Below are positions 30,080 through 40,582 of a stretch of 64,000 nucleotides of DNA, piece by piece (positions within the stretch are counted from its first letter, which is position 1; each line of letters starts with the position of its first letter). Below the pieces are notes generated by a model, which saw nothing but the letters and a program-made list of their open reading frames with translations, did no database searches and was not told the origin of the DNA. The stretch is from Nostoc sp. DedSLP01. GTDB lineage: Bacteria; Cyanobacteriota; Cyanobacteriia; Cyanobacteriales; Nostocaceae. The stretch is from contig JAVRCJ020000018.1 of NCBI GenBank assembly GCA_034530875.2, positions 32,001 to 96,000 of the forward strand, given 5' to 3'. The position numbers and the translations under genes were made by a program.

Positions 30080-31660
30080 ATGGATAATAAATTATCAATT
30101 AAGTGGTTGACTTCGCCATCTTTATTGCGTTTATTAGCGATCGTACTGTTGGTAATAGGTGTAATTTTTCGATTTGTCAATCTTGACAAAAAAATATATT
30201 CAAGTGATGAAGTTTATTCATCATTACGCATATCTGGATACATGCAGTCAGAAATCGAGCAAGATTTGCGTAGTGGGAATTTGATAGGGGTAAAAGATTT
30301 CCTTCAATACCAATATCCTAATTCAGAAAAAAACATAACAGATGTTATAAAAGGCATAGTTATAGAAGATTCGCAGATTTTGCCCCTACACGTTTTGATA
30401 ACTCGGTTTTGGGTGCAATTGTTTGGTAATTCTATAGCAGTAACAAGAAGTTTTTCAGCTGTTGTTAGTCTTTTGACCTTTCCTTGTATTTATTGGTTAT
30501 GTAAAGAATTATTTGAATCTTCACTAATAGGATGGATAGCGATGGCCTTTGTAGCTATTTCACCCGTTCATCTTGTATACGCACAAGAAGCACGAGCATA
30601 CGGTTTATGGATAGTAGCTACTTTGATGTCGAGCGCAGCATTACTGGGAGCTATACGCGTTAAAACAAAGGTTAGTTGGTGTATTTATGCTGCAACATTA
30701 TTGTTAGGGTTTTATAGTCATATATTTTTCTGTTTTATTGCTGTTGGGCAAGGAATTTATGCACTGGCAATTGAACGCTTCAGATTGAGTAAAACCTTAA
30801 TTTCTTATTTCATTTCATCGCTGGCAGCGTTTTTGGCTTTCCTACCTTGGCTTTGGATTATTATTACCAATCCTCACCCCGAAGCAGTAACTTGGGCGAA
30901 TAATAAACAAACGTTGTTTGCTTCAGTCAGCAGGTGGGCTGGGATTATTGGTCGTGGGTTTATTGACTTAGGTATTAGTCCTACTGAATCGAGTAAAGTT
31001 CAGATTATCTTAATTCCTTTGTTTTTAATTAGTGTAATTATTATCTACTCAATTTATATTCTTTGTCGAAAAACCCCTAAACGAGTTTGGTTATTTGTTT
31101 TAACTCTCATTGGGTCTGTAAGCGTTCCTCTGGCGATCGCTGATTTTGTCTTCCAAAAACGATATGGTACTACTCGATATCTACTTCCTTCTATTTTGGG
31201 TGTAGAGTTAGCTTTTGCTTACCTATTTACTACTAAAATCACATCTATTTATCTTCAAGCCTGGCAAAAAAAGCTGTGGTCGCTCCTTGCGCTTATGATT
31301 GTTAGTATTGGAATTGTATCTTGTAGTGTCAATTCTCAAGCAAATATTTGGTGGAGTAAAGTACCCGAAAGATTTGGAAGTTATCCAAAAATTGCTAATA
31401 TTGTGCTTCAAGCTGAGAAACCGCTTTTAATTACTGATGCTAGTGTAATTCCCACTATCCAAATACTCGTTCACTTACTCGATGAAAAAGTTAAATTTCA
31501 AGTTCTCTCTCCAAATCAATTGCCACAAATTACTAGTGGTTTTAGTGATATATTCTTGTTCCATTCTTCCGACGAATTAAAAGCTGGAATTGAGAAGATT
31601 TATAACTCAAAGCTAGTAAAAATAGACGATTCACTCTGGAAAATTGAAAAATCCTCTTGA
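30080..31660 (+). CDS. GT39/PMT-like membrane glycosyltransferase
   Basis: Multi-TM; RFVNLDKKIYSSDE and ISPVHLVYAQEARAY motifs. Confidence 0.82.
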   Translation: MDNKLSIKWLTSPSLLRLLAIVLLVIGVIFRFVNLDKKIYSSDEVYSSLRISGYMQSEIEQDLRSGNLIGVKDFLQYQYPNSEKNITDVIKGIVIEDSQILPLHVLITRFWVQLFGNSIAVTRSFSAVVSLLTFPCIYWLCKELFESSLIGWIAMAFVAISPVHLVYAQEARAYGLWIVATLMSSAALLGAIRVKTKVSWCIYAATLLLGFYSHIFFCFIAVGQGIYALAIERFRLSKTLISYFISSLAAFLAFLPWLWIIITNPHPEAVTWANNKQTLFASVSRWAGIIGRGFIDLGISPTESSKVQIILIPLFLISVIIIYSIYILCRKTPKRVWLFVLTLIGSVSVPLAIADFVFQKRYGTTRYLLPSILGVELAFAYLFTTKITSIYLQAWQKKLWSLLALMIVSIGIVSCSVNSQANIWWSKVPERFGSYPKIANIVLQAEKPLLITDASVIPTIQILVHLLDEKVKFQVLSPNQLPQITSGFSDIFLFHSSDELKAGIEKIYNSKLVKIDDSLWKIEKSS

Positions 31661-31812
31661 GTCTATAGCAGTCCTATTTGATTTCTAAACTACTCGTGGA
31701 GCGAGGGAGTAGGGAATGGCGAGTGGGGAGTAGATTTATTTGTAACTCATTTAGGATTGCTATAGTTGTATTGCTCGCGATGAAAGGTCAACCAATCGAA
31801 GAATTGGCTGAT

Positions 31813-31901
31813 AAGTAGGCGGACATAATGAAATGTAAAATCCAAAGGAGCGAAACCTTTTACTATTGAGGGTTTTACCTTCTGCCTCCTGCCTCCTACT
31901 T
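31813..31901 (+). mobile_element. 89-bp MITE with AAGTAGGCGG...CCTCCTACTT inverted ends
   Basis: Terminal inverted repeats; second copy at 29092. Confidence 0.65.
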
Positions 31902-31931
31902 ATCAAGTCCGGCTAATTAGTTGTTTGCTAC

Positions 31932-34900
31932 TTACGACTTAACCGCAACAGGAAGCACTATAGTAAATTCTGTTCCTTTTCCGAGAACAGAATCTACTTT
32001 GAGCGTTCCACCATGCCGTTCAACGACAATTTGACGAACGATCGCCAATCCTAAACCTGTTCCTTTGCCTACTGGTTTAGTGGTGAACAGATAATCAAAA
32101 ATTTTGTGCTTGACTTCCTCACTCATCCCTACACCATTATCTGCAATCCGAATTAAAACATGCTCTCCATCTTCAGCTGCACGAGTTTGAATTGTAATTT
32201 GGTTGGGATTTGCTTGGATATTTGCAAAACTACGTCCAGCGTTGGATTCCTCTAAGGCATCGATCGCATTTGCTAATAAGTTCATGAATACCTGATTTAG
32301 CTGGCCAGCAAAGCATTGCACTAAAGGTAAATCGCCGTAGTCTTTGACTATTTTAATTTCTGGACGATTTTGATTGGGTTTTAAGCGATGTTTGAGAATT
32401 AAGATAGTACTGTCAATGCCCTCATGGAGATTGAAAGGAACTTTGTAATCGCGATCGGCTCTGGAAAAAGTACGCAGACTAGTACTAATTTCACTGATAC
32501 GATTTACTCCTAATTTCATCGACTCGATTAATTTTGGTAAATCTTCTCGTAAATACTCTAGATCGATTGCTGCGATTTTAGCCTGAAGATCCAGATCTGG
32601 ATTTGGTAACTTTTCTTGATATAAATCAATTAAATCGAACAAGTCTTGTATGTAATCTTCAGCAGGGTCAAGGTTGCCACCAATAAAGCTGGCAGGATTA
32701 TTAATTTCATGAGCAACCCCTGCAACAAGATTACCTAGTGCTGACATCTTCTCATTTTGTACTAATTGAAGTTGGGTTTCTTGGAGATGCTGGAGGGTTT
32801 GTTCTAGTTCGGTTGCTTGCTGGCGAGTTTTAATCAACAACTGGGTTTGTTTGAGCGCTAACCCCATTTGTACCGCAATTTGCCAAGCAAATTGAATCTC
32901 AGAAGTTTGCCAATGACGGGGTTGGTTGCATTGGTGAATACACAGTAAACCCCAAAGTTCGTCATCTTGCATAATTGGCACAACTAGCGATGCTTTGATT
33001 TGAAATTGTGCCAAAAGTAATCGATGGCATTCCAGCACATTAGCTGTTTCGATATCAGCTATTGCACAGTAACGTCCTTTTTTATAAAGGGTTGCGTAAT
33101 TTTCACCAAAGCAATTATCTTGAATTTTTACAGCTAAACCAGAAGTAAATTCAGGTAATACATCTTCGGCAATAAATTCGCCGTATTTATACCCGGATTC
33201 GAGATGAAACTGATAGATACCGACTCGATCGGCATTGAAAATGCGGCGAATATTTTGGGTAACTGCACAGAAAATTGCCTCTAAATCTAAAGACTCTCGG
33301 ATTTGGGTGACAACCTTAAACAAGGTTTGCTCTTGAGCAAGCGATCGCTCTAATTGTCGAGCGTAAGTCTGAGCTTGTTGATAAAGACGGGCATTTTCTA
33401 AAGCGATCGCTGCTTGGGTACAAAGCATATCGATAACTTCAACGCGGTCGCTAGTAAACACCCCAGCCGTCAAGCTATTCTCTAAATACAAAATTCCCAA
33501 CAGTTTGCCTTGATAATTAATCGGCGTACAGAACAAACTTTTGGGTTGTTGGCGAATGATGTAAGCATCAGCCATCAATAAAGGATCGGTAGTTGCATTA
33601 ATGACAATTGAGGGTTTTAGGCTGCGTTTGACGCTGTTGATGGCTGAAATCGGCAAATCTTGGGATTCTTCCAGAGGTAGCGATCGCATAATTGTTGATG
33701 GCTGGCCAACTGTAGTTATTGCCTCAATGAGTAACTTTTCTTCTTTCAGTAGTAGCAACGCACATTTATCGGCGCCAGCATTTTCAATCAATACATTCAG
33801 CAACGTAGCCAGCAGTTTATCGAGATGAATTTCGCTAGAAACAGTCTGTGAAGCTTTAAAAAGTGTTGCTAAATCGAGTACGGCTGAAACACTAGTCGTA
33901 GCATAGTTCGTGGAATTGGTAGAAATTACTTGAGATATAGTACCCTTATCAATTGCACTAACTGTAGCATTAGACATCAACTTAATTTTGTCTTGTTGCA
34001 AAACAAAAGTTAACAGTTGCGGATAATCTCGTTCTAAATCTTCAATTTTGGCTTTTGCTCCCCAACGAGCATAGGCATAATAAGCATTGAGCAAATAATC
34101 TCGAGCTAGTTTTTCTTTGCCCCATGCCAAGTAAAATTTTGCTGCCAGTTCGTTGGCAATAGCTTCTTCATTGAGGTAGTGATTTTCTTGAGCTAAAGTA
34201 ATGGCAAGCTCATAATACTCAATCGCTTCAGCTTTGTTACCAAGAATCCGTTGCCGTTCTGCTTCCACTAAATAATATTTGTGCAAGTGGTTTACCGGGA
34301 CATAGCCTGCCCAGTTTTTCAACTTTTCTTGGTTGGCAATTACTCGCTGGTGAATATTTTGTTGTTCTGCTTGAGAAACTTGAGAATAAATAGCTAAATG
34401 TGCCAGAGAATCATAGGTGTGAAAAACTGGCACTAAAAATAATCCTGTAGCGCCACCCAAGTATTTTTCAATGGCGATCGCTGCTTGCACTGCTAACTCA
34501 AACTGACCAAACCAATAGCACAGTAAAAGTTTGCTGATATAGTAATAACACAGCGCTGTTTGATCCCCTGCTTGCTCGATTTTGGGTAGCATTTGCTCTG
34601 CATCAAAAGCATCCCCAACTAGTTGCCATGCTTGAGTCGCATTGCCGAGCAAATTCAAAATCGCTTGCTGAAAAATAGTCAAATGACCGATCAGCCCTTC
34701 CTGCTTGAGTTGAGTGAGTTGCACGTAAAAGGCTGCACTCTCCCGACTTAAATAGCTTAATTCTTTACCAACAAACCATGAATGCATAACGTAAACAAAT
34801 GCACAAATAGTTGCTGATTCTAAATCCCCCGTTTCCAAACCGCTTTGATAGCCTTTTGTGAGAAAGGGTAAAGTATTTCTTAGTGGTTCTTTCCAATGCC

Positions 34901-37900
34901 AAACACTACAGTGAACTCCAACATAAGCTCTAGCTATCATTTCCTTGGCATTCAATTGTTCGACCAACAAATGTGCTAATTGCCCAAACTGATAACCGCG
35001 CTCAATTTCTCCCATCACACCGCATAACATCAGTCCGTAATAGGCATAACCATTAGCTGAGTATGAAATATTGCCATATTGAACTGATAAATTTACTTGC
35101 TCGAGGATAATAAATGGTAAGAGAGTTGGTGCAACAACATAGGCGGAAGAAGAGACACCAGCGAGAATCCTAATAGCAGCTATCTTTTCCGGCTCCTGCA
35201 TTTGGGGTAGAGCAATTAAATCTAAAGGTTGCTTGCCAGCCAAAATCGAGTTTGTCGCCGCACATGCCTGACCAATATCCGAGCCGCTTGGTTCCTTGGG
35301 AAAGCTAATTCCCAAACATTGCAAAATTTCTAGGGCAATCTGCACTGCTTCGAGAAATTGATGTTGGGCTTGAGCTGCTTGAATTTTAATTTCATAAACT
35401 CTAACTTTATCCAATAAACAGTTAGCCTGTTCTAAAATGACTGCTGCGAATTGTGTCATTTGCTCTAGATTGCCGCTTAAATAAGCAGCTTCCGCAGCCC
35501 CTTCGTAAAGCGCCAAGGTGAGTGCGTACTGTGTTTGCCAGCATTGTTGTGGCAATAAGTCAATACCTGTGAGGAAATGCTCAAATGCGGCTGTGTATGC
35601 AGTAGCGACCCTTGCTTTGCGCCCTGCTTTGAGATTGAGCCGGGCAAGTTCAATCTGTTCCGTTTCCTCAGCGATGAGATTTTTACCGATATTTAATTGG
35701 CTGACAATTTCAAATAATTTTTCCTCTTGCTGGACAACGGTTGTATTATTCAGCAGTAGTTGCCCAATTTTCAAGTGAGTCGCTTGTTTTTGCTCCTCTG
35801 GGATGAGAGTATAGGCAGCCTGTTGGACGCGATCATGCAAAAATTTGTAAGCACAGGAATTAGAATTTAAGCCAAAAAATCCTTCTGAATCTTGGTTGCT
35901 GGCTATTAGCTCCTCTTGGAAAAACTTATAAACCTCACTGGTTGGTAAAATCAATCCTTCTTGCAGCGCTTTCCACAGATCGACAGCAGTCTCAGCTAAA
36001 GTTTGTTCGTAAATAATCGCAAGAGTTCCCAGGTCAAAAGAGTTACCAATGCAAGCAGCTAGTTTTAAAACAGATTGGGTGTTGCTGGGTAACTTTTGCA
36101 GCTGAAGCGCCATGAATTCAACAACATCATCGGTGAGGGTAAGTGCTTGAATTTGAATAATATCGCCTTGCCAATAACCTTTTTGACTGTCAAAGGTTAT
36201 GTACCTTTCTTCATGCAATGTCTTGAGAAATTGCGTAGCGAAAAAAGGATTGCCTTTGGTTTTCCGATATACCAATTCACTTAGGGGCGCTGCCAGTGCT
36301 AGCGGACAGCTCAAGGTATCGGCGATTAAATGATTGAGGTGGGATAGCTTAAGGGGAGTTAAGGCGATCGCGTTAATTATCGCTCCACTGTTACCAATGT
36401 CTTTCAGTGCCAGCATCAGCGGATGGGCAGGGGAGACTTCATTATCTCGGTAAGCACCAATCAGCAACAGATAGCCGGTTTCTGTTTCACTCATCAGCAT
36501 TTGCATCAGCTGTAGCGATGCAGAGTCAGCCCATTGCAAATCATCCAGAAAAATTACCAAGGGATGTTCTGGAGTTGTCAGTACTTGAATAAATTTCTGG
36601 AATAGCAAATTGAAGCGATTTTGGGCTGCACTTGGTGAAAGTTCCACAGCAGCAGGTTGTTTGCCAATAATGTGTTCGAGTTCGGGAATTACCTCAATAA
36701 TTACTTGCCCATTTTCACCCAAGGCAGAAAGAATTTTTGTCTGCCATTGTTTTAGTTGAGCATCTGTTTCAGTCAGCAATTGTCTCATCAAGTCTCGTAA
36801 TGCCGAAACAAATGCAGAAAAAGGAATGTTGCGCCCAAACTGATCGAATTTACCAACGATGAAGTAACCTCTCTGGCGCACAATTGGCTTGTGGACTTCA
36901 TTAACAACTGCTGTTTTACCAATGCCAGAGAAACCTGCTACTAGCATGATTTCTGTACTACCGTTACTGATGCGCTCAAAGGCTTGTAGAAGACTTGCAA
37001 CTTCAGTTTCGCGGCCATAAAGTTTTTCAGGGATGAGGAAGCGATCGCACACATCGCGCTGTCCCAATTTAAAAAATCCTATCTCTCTCGTTTGTTGGTA
37101 TTGAACTAGACAAACTTCTAAATCGTATTTCAACCCTAATGCACTCTGATAGCGGTCTTCAGCATTTTTCGCCATCAACTTCATCACTATATTTGAAATC
37201 ACCTGCGGAATTTCTTCCCTATTCCCTAAAACTGGTTGTTTCGCAATATGACAGTGAATCAGTTCCATTGGGTCGTTAGACTGGAAGGGAAGTTGACCCG
37301 TGAGTAATTCAAAAAAAGTCACTCCTAATGAATAGAAATCACTGCGGTAATCAATACCTCTATTCATTCGTCCAGTTTGTTCTGGAGAAAGGTAACTGAG
37401 AGTACCTTCTAAAACCTGTGGATTTTTGATTTCTTGGGTTTCTCTGGGTAGCAAAGAAGCAATACTAAAGTCAATTAATTTAACTTGTTTTGTATCTGAA
37501 TGAATGATGATATTTGCTGGTTTAATATCTTTATGAATAACTCGATGCTCGTAAAGTCCGTTGAGAATCTCAGCTAGCTGAAGGGCGATCGCCAGAAATT
37601 CATCTACTTTTATTGGCTGTCCTTGAGTATATTCGTCAAGTGGAATCCCTCCAAAATCTTCCATCACTAGTGCATAGCTATTGCCACACCGTTCTAGACT
37701 GTAGGGTTGAATAACACCTGGTAAATTCAGGTTTTTAGCAATCGTATACTGATTGCGGAACTGCAACAACTGGCTAAAAGATGGGTAATCGCTTCGCAAG
37801 TATTTAACGATGGCAGGTTGTCCGTCTGTTTCTCGAATGGCTTGATAGACAATAGTTTTAGAACTACAGTAGAGCTGTTTAACAATTTTATATCCTTCGA

Positions 37901-37931
37901 TTACAAGTACCAAATCTAAACCTATAGTCAT
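31932..37931 (-). CDS. Hybrid Ser/Thr kinase - AAA ATPase - GAF - GAF(CBCR-type) - histidine kinase
   Basis: HKDIKPANI kinase loop, GFSGIGKT Walker A, IFLDDLQW Walker B, two GAFs, AHEINNP, FTTKPVGKGTGLGL. Confidence 0.92.
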   Translation of the reverse strand: MTIGLDLVLVIEGYKIVKQLYCSSKTIVYQAIRETDGQPAIVKYLRSDYPSFSQLLQFRNQYTIAKNLNLPGVIQPYSLERCGNSYALVMEDFGGIPLDEYTQGQPIKVDEFLAIALQLAEILNGLYEHRVIHKDIKPANIIIHSDTKQVKLIDFSIASLLPRETQEIKNPQVLEGTLSYLSPEQTGRMNRGIDYRSDFYSLGVTFFELLTGQLPFQSNDPMELIHCHIAKQPVLGNREEIPQVISNIVMKLMAKNAEDRYQSALGLKYDLEVCLVQYQQTREIGFFKLGQRDVCDRFLIPEKLYGRETEVASLLQAFERISNGSTEIMLVAGFSGIGKTAVVNEVHKPIVRQRGYFIVGKFDQFGRNIPFSAFVSALRDLMRQLLTETDAQLKQWQTKILSALGENGQVIIEVIPELEHIIGKQPAAVELSPSAAQNRFNLLFQKFIQVLTTPEHPLVIFLDDLQWADSASLQLMQMLMSETETGYLLLIGAYRDNEVSPAHPLMLALKDIGNSGAIINAIALTPLKLSHLNHLIADTLSCPLALAAPLSELVYRKTKGNPFFATQFLKTLHEERYITFDSQKGYWQGDIIQIQALTLTDDVVEFMALQLQKLPSNTQSVLKLAACIGNSFDLGTLAIIYEQTLAETAVDLWKALQEGLILPTSEVYKFFQEELIASNQDSEGFFGLNSNSCAYKFLHDRVQQAAYTLIPEEQKQATHLKIGQLLLNNTTVVQQEEKLFEIVSQLNIGKNLIAEETEQIELARLNLKAGRKARVATAYTAAFEHFLTGIDLLPQQCWQTQYALTLALYEGAAEAAYLSGNLEQMTQFAAVILEQANCLLDKVRVYEIKIQAAQAQHQFLEAVQIALEILQCLGISFPKEPSGSDIGQACAATNSILAGKQPLDLIALPQMQEPEKIAAIRILAGVSSSAYVVAPTLLPFIILEQVNLSVQYGNISYSANGYAYYGLMLCGVMGEIERGYQFGQLAHLLVEQLNAKEMIARAYVGVHCSVWHWKEPLRNTLPFLTKGYQSGLETGDLESATICAFVYVMHSWFVGKELSYLSRESAAFYVQLTQLKQEGLIGHLTIFQQAILNLLGNATQAWQLVGDAFDAEQMLPKIEQAGDQTALCYYYISKLLLCYWFGQFELAVQAAIAIEKYLGGATGLFLVPVFHTYDSLAHLAIYSQVSQAEQQNIHQRVIANQEKLKNWAGYVPVNHLHKYYLVEAERQRILGNKAEAIEYYELAITLAQENHYLNEEAIANELAAKFYLAWGKEKLARDYLLNAYYAYARWGAKAKIEDLERDYPQLLTFVLQQDKIKLMSNATVSAIDKGTISQVISTNSTNYATTSVSAVLDLATLFKASQTVSSEIHLDKLLATLLNVLIENAGADKCALLLLKEEKLLIEAITTVGQPSTIMRSLPLEESQDLPISAINSVKRSLKPSIVINATTDPLLMADAYIIRQQPKSLFCTPINYQGKLLGILYLENSLTAGVFTSDRVEVIDMLCTQAAIALENARLYQQAQTYARQLERSLAQEQTLFKVVTQIRESLDLEAIFCAVTQNIRRIFNADRVGIYQFHLESGYKYGEFIAEDVLPEFTSGLAVKIQDNCFGENYATLYKKGRYCAIADIETANVLECHRLLLAQFQIKASLVVPIMQDDELWGLLCIHQCNQPRHWQTSEIQFAWQIAVQMGLALKQTQLLIKTRQQATELEQTLQHLQETQLQLVQNEKMSALGNLVAGVAHEINNPASFIGGNLDPAEDYIQDLFDLIDLYQEKLPNPDLDLQAKIAAIDLEYLREDLPKLIESMKLGVNRISEISTSLRTFSRADRDYKVPFNLHEGIDSTILILKHRLKPNQNRPEIKIVKDYGDLPLVQCFAGQLNQVFMNLLANAIDALEESNAGRSFANIQANPNQITIQTRAAEDGEHVLIRIADNGVGMSEEVKHKIFDYLFTTKPVGKGTGLGLAIVRQIVVERHGGTLKVDSVLGKGTEFTIVLPVAVKS

Positions 37932-38451
37932 ATCTGCTTGCTTGCTCTTAACAACTTTTTATCAATGCTCCTTACTTTTCAGTATTCCCATAGAGAAAAC
38001 TAACAAATCATTTATAAAGTAAAATTTTAAACAGCAAGATGATGCAAGATCGTCTAAGTGATGACGACAAAAATAGCAGTTTTGCTCAATTCAACAGACT
38101 TCTTGCATAAAAATTCTTCAAACCCAAATAAATCAAGAAACTCGACAAAACGATGCCAAATTCTCTGTGCATATACATTTGAGGTTTTTTTCGGGCTATT
38201 TTTGTCTGAGTATGATTCAGAAAGGGCGATCGTACTTCTGATTTAGCTTTGCAAATTTTCTTTAATGGCGTTGCATAAATATAAAGAAAATTATTGATAA
38301 TTAAATGCCCATCTACCCATCTGGCAATCAATACAGTAAAGCAATTAACGCCAAGCACAACTCCAAAAGAATCACTTCATACAACTTGCATTTCACACTA
38401 TTGTGAAGCCCAGTTATACCGATTTCAAATCATTTCAAAGGAGAGTATCTC

Positions 38452-38904
38452 ATGATAGAACCTACATCTGCCAATCTTTGCGAACCTTGCGAATCCTTCG
38501 CTGGAAAGTCAACTGAAATTACGGTTGTGCGCCCCGATGCACAAATACTCACTCAGCAACACTTGCCCTATTTTGTCGGTCTCTCTGCAAAAACAGCAGG
38601 TGCAAAGGGAATTTCGATGAATCTGACTATTATTCCCCCTGGTGCAATTGCCGAGCCACATGTCCACCCAGAACATGAAACGGCCATCTATCTGCTCAAA
38701 GGTCGGGTCGAGGTTCGTTATGGAAAGGGACTTCAGCAATCCCAAGTGTGCGAAGCTGGGGATTTTGTCTTTACTCCTCCAGGTGTTCCCCATCAGCCGC
38801 GTAATCTCAGCACTACAGAACCCGTTTATGTGCTGACAGCGCGCAACGATGCAGACGAACAAGAAAAGATTGTCTTCTACGATCCAACGCTGGAAAGTCA
38901 GTAA
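38452..38904 (+). CDS. Cupin-domain protein
   Basis: PHVHPEHETAIY and GDFVFTPPGVPHQP cupin motifs; GGAG RBS. Confidence 0.88.
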   Translation: MIEPTSANLCEPCESFAGKSTEITVVRPDAQILTQQHLPYFVGLSAKTAGAKGISMNLTIIPPGAIAEPHVHPEHETAIYLLKGRVEVRYGKGLQQSQVCEAGDFVFTPPGVPHQPRNLSTTEPVYVLTARNDADEQEKIVFYDPTLESQ

Positions 38905-38990
38905 GCTTTAGGTAAACCCGGCTTACAGTTATTTATCCTAAAGACTTACCAACTCTATTTCCTAATGTTTTTGAGTTTGTCGAACTCACG

Positions 38991-39815
38991 TTAATTAATA
39001 TCGTGGATGGATTTAGAGCCAAATTCAAAATAGTATTTATGCCAATCTGAAAACAAATCAATCCGTTCTGAACCTGCAACAGCGCTGCGGTTAAAGTATC
39101 GATACTTGTTTTGACCGACACTCAGTTTAGGTTTATTTGTGCAAAAATCCCAATCAGTTCTTCCTAAAAATAGGTGTTCGCTGTTTACCAAAAAGCCATG
39201 CCAATGAGGTATATTTCTATACACTCTGGCTGAAATAGAAAATCTGTCACGCCAGCTATCTGGTAATCCATTGATGAAATTCTTGATCTGCGTGACTCGT
39301 TGTCTGCTTTCTGCTGCCCAATTAATATCGTAAGTTTCAAGCTGAAGCGATTCTAAATAATCACTATCAACAAGTAGGATTTCAATGTTAATATGTGCAT
39401 TTGCATAATCTTTCAATATTTTAGTAACTTTTCCAGCAACAAAATTCCATGAAAACGTCATAGAAACAGCTAATATTTTAATGTTTACATGGTTTGCGCA
39501 ATTCAAGTTATTGCCCTCCAAACATTCTCGAATACGCTTTTCTGTATCTTGAAGCGCTTCAATATGATCGGTGAAAGGCTTCTCATGGTGAGCTATTTTC
39601 TCTATATTCTTGCTAATCTCTTTGAGGATAAAGGTCATTTCTTGACCTTGATAAGTGAGCTTTCCAAGTTGTTTGTGGGTTTCTACCTCTACTCCACTGC
39701 TGGAAACTTTAGCTCTTACCAAACGATTAATTAGATTAGAAATCGGTTGGCGATAAATTATGCCAAGAATTAGCGCTACAAAATATGGTGCTGCAACATA
39801 CATGTTATTCATCAT
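38991..39815 (-). CDS. Hypothetical protein with N-terminal TM helix and alpha/beta C-terminal domain
   Basis: Long ORF; one hydrophobic helix (APYFVALILGIIY); C terminus vaguely DUF5919-like. Confidence 0.7.
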   Translation of the reverse strand: MMNNMYVAAPYFVALILGIIYRQPISNLINRLVRAKVSSSGVEVETHKQLGKLTYQGQEMTFILKEISKNIEKIAHHEKPFTDHIEALQDTEKRIRECLEGNNLNCANHVNIKILAVSMTFSWNFVAGKVTKILKDYANAHINIEILLVDSDYLESLQLETYDINWAAESRQRVTQIKNFINGLPDSWRDRFSISARVYRNIPHWHGFLVNSEHLFLGRTDWDFCTNKPKLSVGQNKYRYFNRSAVAGSERIDLFSDWHKYYFEFGSKSIHDIN

Positions 39816-40003
39816 GATATCTCGATTATGGTAATGGAGTACTAATAGTTTATCGGGTGTAGTAATGAGCAATCGCTACTTTATTTAGAAAACAGATATT
39901 AGTTCTTAGAAAAAGCGATCGCTCGCTGCGTTGCTAATCCCGTAATTCGTAATTACTGTTGCGTAAGGGTTTTAGACAAGTCAAATTATCCTTTCAAAGA
40001 TAT

Positions 40004-40231
40004 TTAACGCAGGGATTCCCAAACGACTGTTGTGATAATGAAACACAGAAGTATAATTGCCAGCTTAGGAAACCAGTTGCCAACAAATGGCAGTAAGGCA
40101 ACGAAAATATGTAAAGCTCCAAAACCCATTGATAAAATGTAGGCGATCGTAAAACCAAATATTGCTAACAAACAACTCTTAATCAGCATTGTAGTCAGCC
40201 TGAATAAAGGACTATATTGATTTTTGTCCAT
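40004..40231 (-). CDS. Small hypothetical membrane protein (75 aa)
   Basis: ATG preceded by AGAGG; two to three hydrophobic segments. Confidence 0.6.
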   Translation of the reverse strand: MDKNQYSPLFRLTTMLIKSCLLAIFGFTIAYILSMGFGALHIFVALLPFVGNWFPKLAIILLCFIITTVVWESLR

Positions 40232-40366
40232 AATTATGAACCTCTAAGATGGAGTTTAGATGATTGATTTTTCTGACATCTAGCTAAAATTTCATGACAC
40301 AAATCGTAAACGTCTTCTGCTGTTACACCGATTAATCAATTTGTGATTTTCATGCTTAGAAACACA

Positions 40367-40408
40367 ACAACGGATGTGTGAAGCTTGAGCTTCAACAACA
40401 TCCGTTGT
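40367..40408. terminator. Long imperfect hairpin
   Basis: ACAACGGATGT..TGAAGCT-TG-AGCTTCA..ACATCCGTTGT, downstream of minus-strand ORFs. Confidence 0.5.
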
Positions 40409-40447
40409 GGTTATTCCCATCAATACGATGTGCTAACAGAAACTTAT

Positions 40448-40582
40448 TCAGTTGTTTAGAATTACTCTCACACCAGGCGCGACTAGTTCCGAAAACTTAT
40501 GAGGTGCAGCTGTGCTGTCATTACCTCTAAAATCATCAAAGCTTAAGTCCGTGACGTATAGACGGCGAAAATTCAAATCCAT
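40448..40582 (-). CDS. Putative 44-aa peptide overlapping the end of the upstream ORF
   Basis: Manual translation MDLNFRRLYVTDLSFDDFRGNDSTAAPHKFSELVAPGVRVILNN. Confidence 0.3.
   Translation of the reverse strand: MDLNFRRLYVTDLSFDDFRGNDSTAAPHKFSELVAPGVRVILNN

Noticed and set aside
38058..38358. Short ORFs between the hybrid kinase and the cupin gene
   Set aside because: Non-ATG starts and no motifs; probably a divergent promoter region.
38392..38407. Palindrome TTCACA-N4-TGTGAA upstream of the cupin gene
   Set aside because: Too short and seen only once; no regulator can be assigned.
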